This document shows, piece by piece, positions 19,147 to 27,500 of a stretch of DNA of 64,000 nt. Source of the DNA: Baekduia sp. (GTDB taxonomy: Bacteria > Actinomycetota > Thermoleophilia > Solirubrobacterales > Solirubrobacteraceae); NCBI RefSeq assembly GCF_035996765.1, contig NZ_DASYJG010000061.1, forward strand, positions 12,948 through 76,947. Direction: 5' to 3'. The notes under the pieces were generated by a model, which saw nothing but the letters and a program-made list of their open reading frames with translations, did not search any database and was not told the DNA's origin. Position numbers and translations under genes: made by a program. Each line of letters opens with the position of its first letter. Position 1 is the stretch's first letter.

Positions 19147-22100
19147 TCATCGTCGCCGTCCCGACGCGAAGCTCTGTGCCGCCGGCGCCACCGCACGGAA
19201 GTCCCCGGTGCCGGTCGCGGCCAGTTCCTCGCCCTCGCCGACCGCCGCCCGTTGCGCCTCCTCGCGGACCAGCTCGACGACGTCGGCTGCCGGCCGGGCC
19301 TGCAGATGGCCGCTGGCGTCCAGGCGCACCAGCCGCCGGCAGACGACGTTGATCGCCCCGCCCGCCGACGCATGGCGCTCCAGCACGCCCTCGGCCACCA
19401 CCAGCGGCTCGGCGCGCACCACGACACGGTCGCGCTCGTAGACCTTCGGCGGCACGATCAGGTTGATCGTTCCCGTCTCGTCTTCCAGCAGCAGGAAGCA
19501 GACGCCCTTGGCGGTCCCCGGCCGCTGCCGCGCGACGACCAGCCCGCCGAGCCGCACCGCCGTCCCGTGACCCAGCCGCTTGAGGTCGCCGTTGGCCACC
19601 ATCCCCTTCGCGCGCAGCTCGGCCCGCAGCAGGCCCAGCGGATGCTCGGCCGTCGTCAGCCCGGTGGTCGAGTAGTCGGCGATCATCGCCTCCCACCCGG
19701 TGAGACCCGGCAGTGCCGGCGCCTCCCCCACGCTCAGCGGCAAGGCAAGCTGCGTCCCCAGGTCGGCGCGCGTCCGCCGTCCGGACGGGACCGTCACCGA
19801 CGTCAGCAGCCGCTTGCCCGGCGCCGCCACCCCGAGCTCCCACAGCGCGCGCCGCCGCGAGCCGCCCGCCAGCGCATCGCACGCGCCCGACCACGCGAGC
19901 TGCTCCAGCGCGGGGCGGGCCACCCCAGCGCGCGACGCGAGCTCCTCGACCGTCCGAAACGGCCCGGCAGCCTCGCGCTCGGCGACGAGCGCCTCGACGT
20001 CGTCGGCTTGCACGCCCATCACGTAGGCGAGCCCGATCCGCACCGCAGCCGCGCCGTCGACATCTACAACCGTGCATCCCACGGCGCTGTGGTTGACGTC
20101 GGGCGCCAGCACCGCGATCCCGCGCCGCTGCGCCTCGTGGACCAGCGCGTCGGGCGGGTAGAAGCCCATCGGCTGCTCATCGAGCAGGGAGGCCAGGAAC
20201 TCGGGGCCGTAGTGCACGCGCAGGTAGGTCGACTGGTAGGCCAGCAGGCCGAACGCCGCGCCATGGGCCTTGGGGAAGCCAAAGCCCGAGAAGCCCTTGA
20301 CCATGTGCCACACGCGCTCGGCGAGCTGCTCGTCGACATCGGGCCACGCCTGCATCGCCTGCTGCACGAAGCGCTCGTGGTAGGCCTCGATCGCCGCCGC
20401 CGAGCGCTTGCGGCTCATCGCCTTGCGCAACCCCTCGGCCTCACCTGGCGACAGCTTCGCGAACGCCGCCGCAACCTCGATGACCTGATCCTGGAAGATG
20501 ATCGTCCCAAGCGTGTCCTTCAGCACGGGCTCCAGCGAGTGGTGGTCATAGGGCACCTCGAAGTCCGGATCGACCCGCAGCCGCTGCAGCCGCTCGATGT
20601 AGGGGTTGACCGCGCCGCCGACGATCGGCCCGGGCCGGACGATCGCCACCTGGATCGTGAGCTCCTCCAGCGTCCCGGGGCGCGTGCGGCGCAGCGAGCC
20701 CATCTGCGCCCGGCTCTCGATCTGAAAGACGCCCGTCGTGTCGGCGCTCTTGATGCAGTCGAAGGTCGCCTTGTCGTCCATCGCGATCCGCGACAGGTCG
20801 ACCCGCTCGTCGCGGCGCAGGGCGATCATCTCCACGCAGCGCTCGACGGCCGACAGCATCCCGAGCCCGAGCAGGTCGATCTTCAAGAAGCCGGCGTCCC
20901 CGCAGGAGTCCTTGTCCCACATCACCATCTGCCGTCCCTCCATTGCGGCGGGCACGACGGGACAGCAGTCGATGAGCGGACGCGTCGCGACGATCATCCC
21001 GCCCGAGTGCTGGCTGAGATGGCGCGGCAGGCCATGGGCTTCGGCGGCCAGCTCGGCCAGCCAGCGCCAGCGGCCTTCGGCCTGACGGCCCTTGCCCAAT
21101 GCCACGGCGATGTCCTTGTCCACGGTCTGCGCCGAGAACGCCTCCGACGACCGTGCGACCCGCTCGATCTCTCCCGGTGGCAACCCCAAAGCCTTGCCCA
21201 GCTCGCGGATCGCACCGCGCGCCCGGTAGGTCGGAAACGCCGCGACCAGCGCCGCCTTCTCCTGTCCGAAGTGCTCATGCACCCGCGGGATCAGCACCGC
21301 GCGCACATCCCGCGGGAAGTCGAGGTCGATGTCGGGCAACGACGTGATCTCCTCATTGAGGAAACGTCCGAGGTGAAGGTCGTTGGCGATGGGATCGACG
21401 TGCGAGAGGCCCGTGAGGTAGCAGACGATCGAGGAGACCGAGGAGCCGCGCCCGCGACCCGGCGGCAGCAGGCTGCGCGCCGCGGCGTTGCCGCGCACCT
21501 CCCGCGCCACGTCGCGCGCCAGCTCGAGCATCTCGTGATGCAGCAAGAAGAACCCCGACAGCCCGAGGTCGCGGATCAGCGCCAGCTCCTGGTCCAGCCG
21601 CGCCGTCGCAGTCGGCCGCAGGACGCTGCCCGCCGGGTAGCGCGTGTCGAAGGACGCGGCGCAGACCTCGGCGAGCGTGCGGTCAGTCCCGTCCTCCCCG
21701 GCGCCCGGATAGCGGTAGCCGAGGTCGGCGGTGAGGTCGAAGACCAACGTGGCGGCCAGGCGCTCCGTCTCGGCCACCGCCTCGGGATGGCCCTCGAAGC
21801 GCGCCGCCATCGCTGCCGGCGTCGTGAGCACGTGCGTGTGGTTGCCGCGTCGCAGCGGCTCGGAGGCATCCAGCGTCGTGTGCTCGCGGACGGCCACGAA
21901 CACGTCCTGCAGCCGCGCACGCGCCGGCTCGTGGGCGTGGACGTTGCCCGTCGCCACGCATGGGACCCCGAGCCGTCCGGCCAGCTCGGCCAGATCCCGG
22001 TTGCGTGCTCGGTCGTCACGGTGAAACGGACGCTGCAGCTCGATCCGGAACGCGTCGCGCCCGAAGGCCGCCAGCAGCGCGCGGGCGGTCGGCTCGTCGT

Positions 22101-22575
22101 GGACGCCGCGATCGGCACAGCCCGATAGGCAGACCAGGCCATCGGTGTGCGCAGCGAGATCGGCGACCGTCAGCATCGGCGCGAGCACGCGCCGCCGGCC
22201 CGGCGTCTCGCGCGTCCGCGCGTGCGCCCGCGTGAGGAGCCGGCAGAGGTTGCGCCAGCCGCGCGCGTCGCGAACCAACAGGGTGACGTGCCGCGTCCAG
22301 CGCGCCGCCTGCTCGGCGTCGCCGAGCACCGCGCCCTCGCGCTGCGCGTGCGCCGTTCCCGGGTCGACCAGGTCCACCTCCGCTCCATGGATCGCGCGCA
22401 ATCCCAGCGATGTCGCGGCCTGAGCGAACTCCATCGACCCCGAGACCGAGTTGTGGTCGGTCAACGCCAGCGCCCGATGCCCACGCTCCAGCGCCGCCAC
22501 GACCAGTTCCTCGGGCAGCGAGGCGCCATCCAGGAACGAGAAGGCCGAATGGCAGTGGAGCTCGACGTAGGACAC
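19147..22575 (-). CDS. dnaE2: Error-prone DNA polymerase III alpha (DnaE2/ImuC)
   Basis: YVELHCHSAFSFLDGAS, GRGS, PDIDLD, GFPKAH, RQRPGTAKG, C-terminal SFASGRRR. Confidence 0.95.
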   Translation of the reverse strand: MSYVELHCHSAFSFLDGASLPEELVVAALERGHRALALTDHNSVSGSMEFAQAATSLGLRAIHGAEVDLVDPGTAHAQREGAVLGDAEQAARWTRHVTLLVRDARGWRNLCRLLTRAHARTRETPGRRRVLAPMLTVADLAAHTDGLVCLSGCADRGVHDEPTARALLAAFGRDAFRIELQRPFHRDDRARNRDLAELAGRLGVPCVATGNVHAHEPARARLQDVFVAVREHTTLDASEPLRRGNHTHVLTTPAAMAARFEGHPEAVAETERLAATLVFDLTADLGYRYPGAGEDGTDRTLAEVCAASFDTRYPAGSVLRPTATARLDQELALIRDLGLSGFFLLHHEMLELARDVAREVRGNAAARSLLPPGRGRGSSVSSIVCYLTGLSHVDPIANDLHLGRFLNEEITSLPDIDLDFPRDVRAVLIPRVHEHFGQEKAALVAAFPTYRARGAIRELGKALGLPPGEIERVARSSEAFSAQTVDKDIAVALGKGRQAEGRWRWLAELAAEAHGLPRHLSQHSGGMIVATRPLIDCCPVVPAAMEGRQMVMWDKDSCGDAGFLKIDLLGLGMLSAVERCVEMIALRRDERVDLSRIAMDDKATFDCIKSADTTGVFQIESRAQMGSLRRTRPGTLEELTIQVAIVRPGPIVGGAVNPYIERLQRLRVDPDFEVPYDHHSLEPVLKDTLGTIIFQDQVIEVAAAFAKLSPGEAEGLRKAMSRKRSAAAIEAYHERFVQQAMQAWPDVDEQLAERVWHMVKGFSGFGFPKAHGAAFGLLAYQSTYLRVHYGPEFLASLLDEQPMGFYPPDALVHEAQRRGIAVLAPDVNHSAVGCTVVDVDGAAAVRIGLAYVMGVQADDVEALVAEREAAGPFRTVEELASRAGVARPALEQLAWSGACDALAGGSRRRALWELGVAAPGKRLLTSVTVPSGRRTRADLGTQLALPLSVGEAPALPGLTGWEAMIADYSTTGLTTAEHPLGLLRAELRAKGMVANGDLKRLGHGTAVRLGGLVVARQRPGTAKGVCFLLLEDETGTINLIVPPKVYERDRVVVRAEPLVVAEGVLERHASAGGAINVVCRRLVRLDASGHLQARPAADVVELVREEAQRAAVGEGEELAATGTGDFRAVAPAAQSFASGRRR

Positions 22576-22588
22576 GAACACATGTTCG
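22575..22588. promoter_or_regulatory. LexA (SOS) box at the dnaE2 start
   Basis: CGAACACATGTTCG matches the Gram-positive consensus CGAAC-N4-GTTCG. Confidence 0.92.
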
Positions 22589-22610
22589 CATACGAGGTCG
22601 ACGCCGTCGA

Positions 22611-23843
22611 TCATGCCGCCACGCAGTCGGTCCGCGTGATCCATTGCCCGTCGAGCCCGCGTGAGGTCGCAGCCAGCACCTGCTGCGAGCGCCGCTGGAT
22701 CTGCGCTTGAGCGCTGAAGCTGCCCGGCCCGCCCGTGAAGTCGAAGCTCATGCCGCGCTCCTTGCTCTGGGTCGCCAGAACGCGTGCCTGCACCGTGCCG
22801 TGCTCATCGATCCGCCGGCGCAGCGCCTGCTCGGGCGCCGCCGTCGCACGTCGGCTCGCGATGGCGTTCAGCAGCTCGCGCGCGGCCGCGAGGTTCCCCG
22901 CGTCGGTCAGATCGAGGTGGCCGGTGACCTCGTAGTCGCGCTCATCCTCGCCGGCACCCGTCTCCAGCAGACCGGCCACCGGCTGGACCACCGCCGGAAG
23001 ATCGCGCGAGCCGGCAAAGGAGCCTGCCGCGATCACGCGCAGGTCGACCGGGCGCTCCGTCTCGTCGTACTCGACCGCGTAGGTCTCCTGACCGTTGTCT
23101 GCCAGCCCGAGCACGCCGCGGCCGTTGACCGTGGCCGACCCCGCCGAAGACGCCTGCACGTACGCGGTGCGATGACCAGTCCGCCGGTCGACGCGCCAAC
23201 CCGCCGCACGGTCAAACGCGATCCCGGCCTGCACCACGTCGATCGCACTCCCCAAGCCTTCGACCCCCACAGCAGCATCGACCGACGACGCCCACGTCCC
23301 CGACCCCGACGTCACGTCCGGCGGCCGTCCGTCGCCCTCCTGCGCGAGCACCCGCTGCGCCTCGGCGCGCGAGCCCACGATCCACGTCCGCCCGCGCCCC
23401 AGCCGCGCCAGCAGCGCGGCGGTCACCTCGCCGCCGAGCGAGACCCCGAACGTGCCGATGCGCACCCCCGCGTGCAACCCGCCCGTCCCCTCCAGACCGC
23501 CCTTGATCCCGTCCTCCAGCGTGACGGCGAACGTCCCGTCCGAGCGCTCCTCGACCACCCCCAGCTTGTCCTCGCCCAGCCGGAAGAAGAGCAGGTGCAC
23601 CGTCATGCCCTGCTGGTTGGCCTGCGACCCCACCACGCACGGCTCCTGATCGCGCCGGCAGTCGCCGCTCCCGACCAGGCAGATCGCCCGCGCCAGCTCG
23701 CGCGTGACCCGCCGCCCCACGTACCCTGCCTGCGCCAGCGCCGCCCCAAGGCCGAGCATCACCGCCACGAGCACGACCACCGCCAGCCACTCCACCGACG
23801 CCTGGCCTCGCTGGCGATGCGCGCGCGGGTCGTGGAGAGCCAT
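22611..23843 (-). CDS. Hypothetical exported protein with a TadE/Flp prepilin-like N-terminus
   Basis: RGQASVEW followed by a hydrophobic helix, then a Cys-containing beta-rich soluble domain. Confidence 0.7.
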   Translation of the reverse strand: MALHDPRAHRQRGQASVEWLAVVVLVAVMLGLGAALAQAGYVGRRVTRELARAICLVGSGDCRRDQEPCVVGSQANQQGMTVHLLFFRLGEDKLGVVEERSDGTFAVTLEDGIKGGLEGTGGLHAGVRIGTFGVSLGGEVTAALLARLGRGRTWIVGSRAEAQRVLAQEGDGRPPDVTSGSGTWASSVDAAVGVEGLGSAIDVVQAGIAFDRAAGWRVDRRTGHRTAYVQASSAGSATVNGRGVLGLADNGQETYAVEYDETERPVDLRVIAAGSFAGSRDLPAVVQPVAGLLETGAGEDERDYEVTGHLDLTDAGNLAAARELLNAIASRRATAAPEQALRRRIDEHGTVQARVLATQSKERGMSFDFTGGPGSFSAQAQIQRRSQQVLAATSRGLDGQWITRTDCVAA

Positions 23844-23865
23844 GGCTCCACCCTTCCGCCCAAGC

Positions 23866-23897
23866 CGTCACGAGACCAGACGCGTTCGTCACGAGAC
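23866..23897. promoter_or_regulatory. 11-bp direct repeat with 21-bp period upstream of the TadE-like gene
   Basis: CGTCACGAGAC at 23866-23876 and 23887-23897. Confidence 0.5.
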
Positions 23898-23917
23898 TGC
23901 GCAGGCGGCGCGCAGGC

Positions 23918-24163
23918 TCAGCGCTGCCGGTACCACCCTCCCACCCGATCCAACTCCCGAAACAGCACGACCAGGTCGCCGCGCGTCGTGACGACCTCCC
24001 AGTAGCGCCGCCGCAGCGGCGCGTCGGTCCACCAGCGATCCTCGACCAGCCACGACTCGCGCACGGCATCGACCGCGCGACCGTCGACCGCCAGCGGCCG
24101 CCCGCGCTCGTCGGCCCGGACGGTCGCGGGCAGGGGCAGGTTGAGCCGCCGGGGGCCGTTCAC
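23918..24163 (-). CDS. Small protein resembling the ImuB C-terminal (W..E.RWW..R.YW) domain
   Basis: GTG 7 bp after the imuB stop; VRESWLVEDRWWTDAPLRRRYWEVV. Confidence 0.75.
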   Translation of the reverse strand: MNGPRRLNLPLPATVRADERGRPLAVDGRAVDAVRESWLVEDRWWTDAPLRRRYWEVVTTRGDLVVLFRELDRVGGWYRQR

Positions 24164-24170
24164 GGCAGGG

Positions 24171-25406
24171 CTACAGCTCGTAGGGCGCCAGCACCGTCTG
24201 GCGCTCCGGCACCCGCGAGTCCGGGTCGACCTCCAGCACGCGCAGCGCAGCCCCTGGGCCCGCAACCGCGCGCGCCTGGCGAATCGCCTCGCGCATCCGG
24301 GTCGTCCGCTGCGCCGAGCCATCTTCAAACAGCGCCGTGGCACCTGCGCCGGAAGGCCCGAAGCGCTCGACCGCCAGCCGCAGCGACTCGGCCGGCGCCG
24401 GCAACAACACCAACTTCTGACCGAGTGCGAGGCGCATGCGGACCGCGTCGGCCAGCGGCTCACGAAAGACGACCCGCTCACGCCACGTCCCACCCTCGAC
24501 CAATCGCGCGCCGAGGACGACCACGCGCAAGGTGCGACCGCGACGCTCGCGCCGCGCCAGCAGTTGGTCGACGAGCAGCACGAGCGCGCGCTCCACCTGC
24601 GCTCCGGAGCCCGCCTCCGGCAGCTCCAGGACTTCTTCCAGCACTTCTCCCGGGACCCGTGGACGCAGCTCGTCGTCACGCCCGCGGGCGAGATCATGCG
24701 CGCGCTCGCCCGTCCGGCCGAAGCGATCGGCGACCACCGAACGCGGCAGCGCCGCGAGCTGTCCAAGCGTTGTGATCCCCAGACGCCACAAGGGCTCGAC
24801 GACGCTCTCGACCTCCGGCCGGCGCCGCAACAGCGTGATCGGCTCGGCAGCCAGGCCCGCGGCGCCATCCACCAGCTCAGCTCGACGCGACCGCGCACGC
24901 ACCGCACCCGCATGCGCGCAGAACCGTGACGGCCCCGCGCCGATCCGCGCGGGCAGTCGCAACGCAACGCGCACCGCCGCCACGACGCCGGCCAACCACG
25001 GCGGTGGAGCGCTTGCCGCCCGCGCCCGCAGCGCCGCCGCCGGATCACTCGCCTCTCGCCCGCCGTGCAAGCGCCCGAGCGCCGCCGCATCGAAGAACGC
25101 CAGCCCCGGCGCCTCGCTCTCCACCGCCGCGCCAACGGACTCCAGCCGCGCGACGACCTTCTCCCACGCATCGGCGACGCCCATCGGATCCGGTGGGATC
25201 AGCGCCAGCGACGGACACCGCGCCAGCGCCTCGCCGAGGCGCATCCCCGCGTGCACGCCGAAGGTTTCGGCTGACGGCGAGACCTCGCCGACGCGCTGCT
25301 CACGCCCGGGCTCGGGTGCCAACGCCGCGGGGCCCCGCGCGAGGACCTCGCGACCGCCGGCGGCGATGACGAGCTCGAAACGGGAGAGGAGGACGGCGAG
25401 GATCAA
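24171..25406 (-). CDS. imuB: Y-family polymerase homolog ImuB
   Basis: GV..GM.L.EALARCP, LGI.TLGQLAAL, RFG, PDSR.PER; no recognisable catalytic acidic motif; start TTG 25406 or GTG 25415. Confidence 0.85.
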   Translation of the reverse strand: MILAVLLSRFELVIAAGGREVLARGPAALAPEPGREQRVGEVSPSAETFGVHAGMRLGEALARCPSLALIPPDPMGVADAWEKVVARLESVGAAVESEAPGLAFFDAAALGRLHGGREASDPAAALRARAASAPPPWLAGVVAAVRVALRLPARIGAGPSRFCAHAGAVRARSRRAELVDGAAGLAAEPITLLRRRPEVESVVEPLWRLGITTLGQLAALPRSVVADRFGRTGERAHDLARGRDDELRPRVPGEVLEEVLELPEAGSGAQVERALVLLVDQLLARRERRGRTLRVVVLGARLVEGGTWRERVVFREPLADAVRMRLALGQKLVLLPAPAESLRLAVERFGPSGAGATALFEDGSAQRTTRMREAIRQARAVAGPGAALRVLEVDPDSRVPERQTVLAPYEL

Positions 25407-25408
25407 TG

Positions 25409-25422
25409 CGAACACATGTTCG
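25409..25422. promoter_or_regulatory. LexA (SOS) box at the imuB start
   Basis: CGAACACATGTTCG, identical to the dnaE2 box. Confidence 0.92.
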
Positions 25423-25495
25423 CATCCTGTGTAGCCCGGAGCAAGCCCATCTCACCCCGGAATTCAGTCACAACCGGAGCGTCTCCGGCAGACGA

Positions 25496-27427
25496 TCAGT
25501 CGTCCGGACCGGTGATCGCCAGGCTCTGAACCCCGATCACCAGCGGGCTGCTCAGTCGCTTCGCCGTGGCCGACCAGACGATCCGCGAGACGCCGGCCTT
25601 CAGCTTCAACGGAACATCGATGCCCTCCGCCGCCGTGACCTTCAACGAGCGGCTGGGCTCGCCCGCGTGCCCGACCGTCACCACCGGTGCGGCACCGGCG
25701 ACCGCACCCGATCCGGGGCCGATCACCCCCCGCAGGTGATAGGTGCCCGCGCGCGGCACCGCCAGCGTGACGACCGCCACCGCCGGAATCGGGGAGACAT
25801 AGAAGTTCGCGCCCTCACCGTCTCCCAGCGATCCCCACGTCTTCGCGCCGGGACCGGAGCCGTAGGGCGAGGAGACCGTCCCGATGACCGCGCGCCCCGC
25901 GATCCGGGTTTCCAGCGCGGAGATCGGGGCGAACGTGTCCTCCAATTGGTGGTAGAGCTTCGGGTGGTTGGCCTCGAGGAAGTTGTAGTAGCCGGTGAAG
26001 CCCAGGGCGATCCCGGCCAACGAGCCCCACACCACGACGAGCAGGCCGCTGCCAGCCCCCAGCCGGCGGCGCCAGCTCCCACGCTTGGCCTGCGTGAACG
26101 TCGCCAGCCAGATCAGCAGCGCCGGCAGCGAGAGCAAGGCCATGAAGTCGACCACGTAGCGCTGCGTCGTGCCCGCCAAGATGAAGGACATCGCCAGCAC
26201 GATGACCGCACCGGCCGCTACCAGCCCGATCACGGTCCGGCGCAGCTCCGGCACCATGCGCCGGGCGACGAGCGGCAACAGCAGGATCCAGAGAAACAGT
26301 GGAGCGAGGATGAGCGCCCCGCCGGTCGCCTCGGTGTAGTCGAAGCCGTCCGGCGTCGCCCACGGCAGCGTCGGCGGCCACGACAGCTGGATGAAGGGAA
26401 ACAATGCCATCGGGCGGGGCGGCGCGAGCAGGTACAGGAACAACCCGGACGGGATGAAGGCCGGGTCGAACGTCTTCAGGTCGGCCGGGTTGAGGCCAGC
26501 CAGTTGGTATTTCTGACCGATCTCCGTCGGTGAGCCGAATCGTGCGGCGTTGTAGGCCGCGAGCAGAAGGCCACAGGCCACAAACGGGACCGTCAGCGCG
26601 ATGACCGCCTGGCGCCGGGTCAGACCCTCCGGCCAGGCCGCGCGGCGCCAGGCGACCAGCGCCAGCACCAGCGGGACGATGGCCAGCGCGCCGAGCGTCG
26701 CGCGCGAGTCGAGCGCCAGCCCGAAGGCCAGGCTGGCGGCCGCCAGCCGGCGCCGCGACGGCCGCGGCCCGAACCATCCGGTCACCAGCAGCCACACGCC
26801 GAGCATCGCGAAGCACAGCCCGCAGGTGATCGCGACCTCGTAGAACGAGGGCCTTCGCAGGACGAAGGGCATGCCGTTGGCAAAGGCCAGGAAGACGGTC
26901 GACGCCGCAAGTGCCCAGCGCGGGGTGTCGGGCAGGAACCGGCGCACCAGGAAGCGCAGGGCCATCGCCGAGAAGAGGAAACCCAGGAAGCCGAAGAGGA
27001 CGACCGCGAGGCTCTGCGGGATCTCGATGCCTATGAGTTGGAACGGCGCGAACAGGACGATCGCCGCCGTCGGCCCCCAGTAGGCGTACAGGTGCCCGTT
27101 GTGGAGGCTCAGGTCGTGGAGCCCCGCGTTGCGGAACTGGGCGTTGGCGTTCGGGTCATACGGGTTCGGCAGATCCAGCAGCGCCTGCGGCGGCTTGATG
27201 CGCAGCGCGAGTTGACCGTGACGCAGAGCATCGGCGATCAACCCGTAGTTGCTGCTGCCCGCCTTGTCGAAGTGCATCGGCGTGCTTGTCACGGCCGTCC
27301 AGAAGTAGAAGGCCAGGACCACGCCGAAGAACAGTCCCGTGAGGACCGTCCACGGGCGGATGGTGATGCTGCGCGCGATGCGCAGCCGCCGCGGCGGCGG
27401 CGGCTCGGTGACGGCCGTGCCTGCCAT
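25496..27427 (-). CDS. Polytopic membrane protein, possibly GT-C glycosyltransferase-like
   Basis: About 10 TM helices, external loop PNPYDP..DLSL..G.LY.YWG, YN.ARFGSP.E.G..YQL. Confidence 0.65.
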   Translation of the reverse strand: MAGTAVTEPPPPRRLRIARSITIRPWTVLTGLFFGVVLAFYFWTAVTSTPMHFDKAGSSNYGLIADALRHGQLALRIKPPQALLDLPNPYDPNANAQFRNAGLHDLSLHNGHLYAYWGPTAAIVLFAPFQLIGIEIPQSLAVVLFGFLGFLFSAMALRFLVRRFLPDTPRWALAASTVFLAFANGMPFVLRRPSFYEVAITCGLCFAMLGVWLLVTGWFGPRPSRRRLAAASLAFGLALDSRATLGALAIVPLVLALVAWRRAAWPEGLTRRQAVIALTVPFVACGLLLAAYNAARFGSPTEIGQKYQLAGLNPADLKTFDPAFIPSGLFLYLLAPPRPMALFPFIQLSWPPTLPWATPDGFDYTEATGGALILAPLFLWILLLPLVARRMVPELRRTVIGLVAAGAVIVLAMSFILAGTTQRYVVDFMALLSLPALLIWLATFTQAKRGSWRRRLGAGSGLLVVVWGSLAGIALGFTGYYNFLEANHPKLYHQLEDTFAPISALETRIAGRAVIGTVSSPYGSGPGAKTWGSLGDGEGANFYVSPIPAVAVVTLAVPRAGTYHLRGVIGPGSGAVAGAAPVVTVGHAGEPSRSLKVTAAEGIDVPLKLKAGVSRIVWSATAKRLSSPLVIGVQSLAITGPDD

Positions 27428-27500
27428 GGCGCGACAGTAGCCGTCGGGGTGCAGGCCGACGGGCCGAGCCGTTGACAGAGCGGCAAGGCGCGGCGCGTCT

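Noticed and set aside
18835-22128. Very long + strand ORF, and similar antisense ORFs throughout (e.g. 31057-34002, 51955-54687)
   Set aside because: Shadow frames of real genes in high-GC DNA; Arg/Pro/Ala-rich with no motifs.
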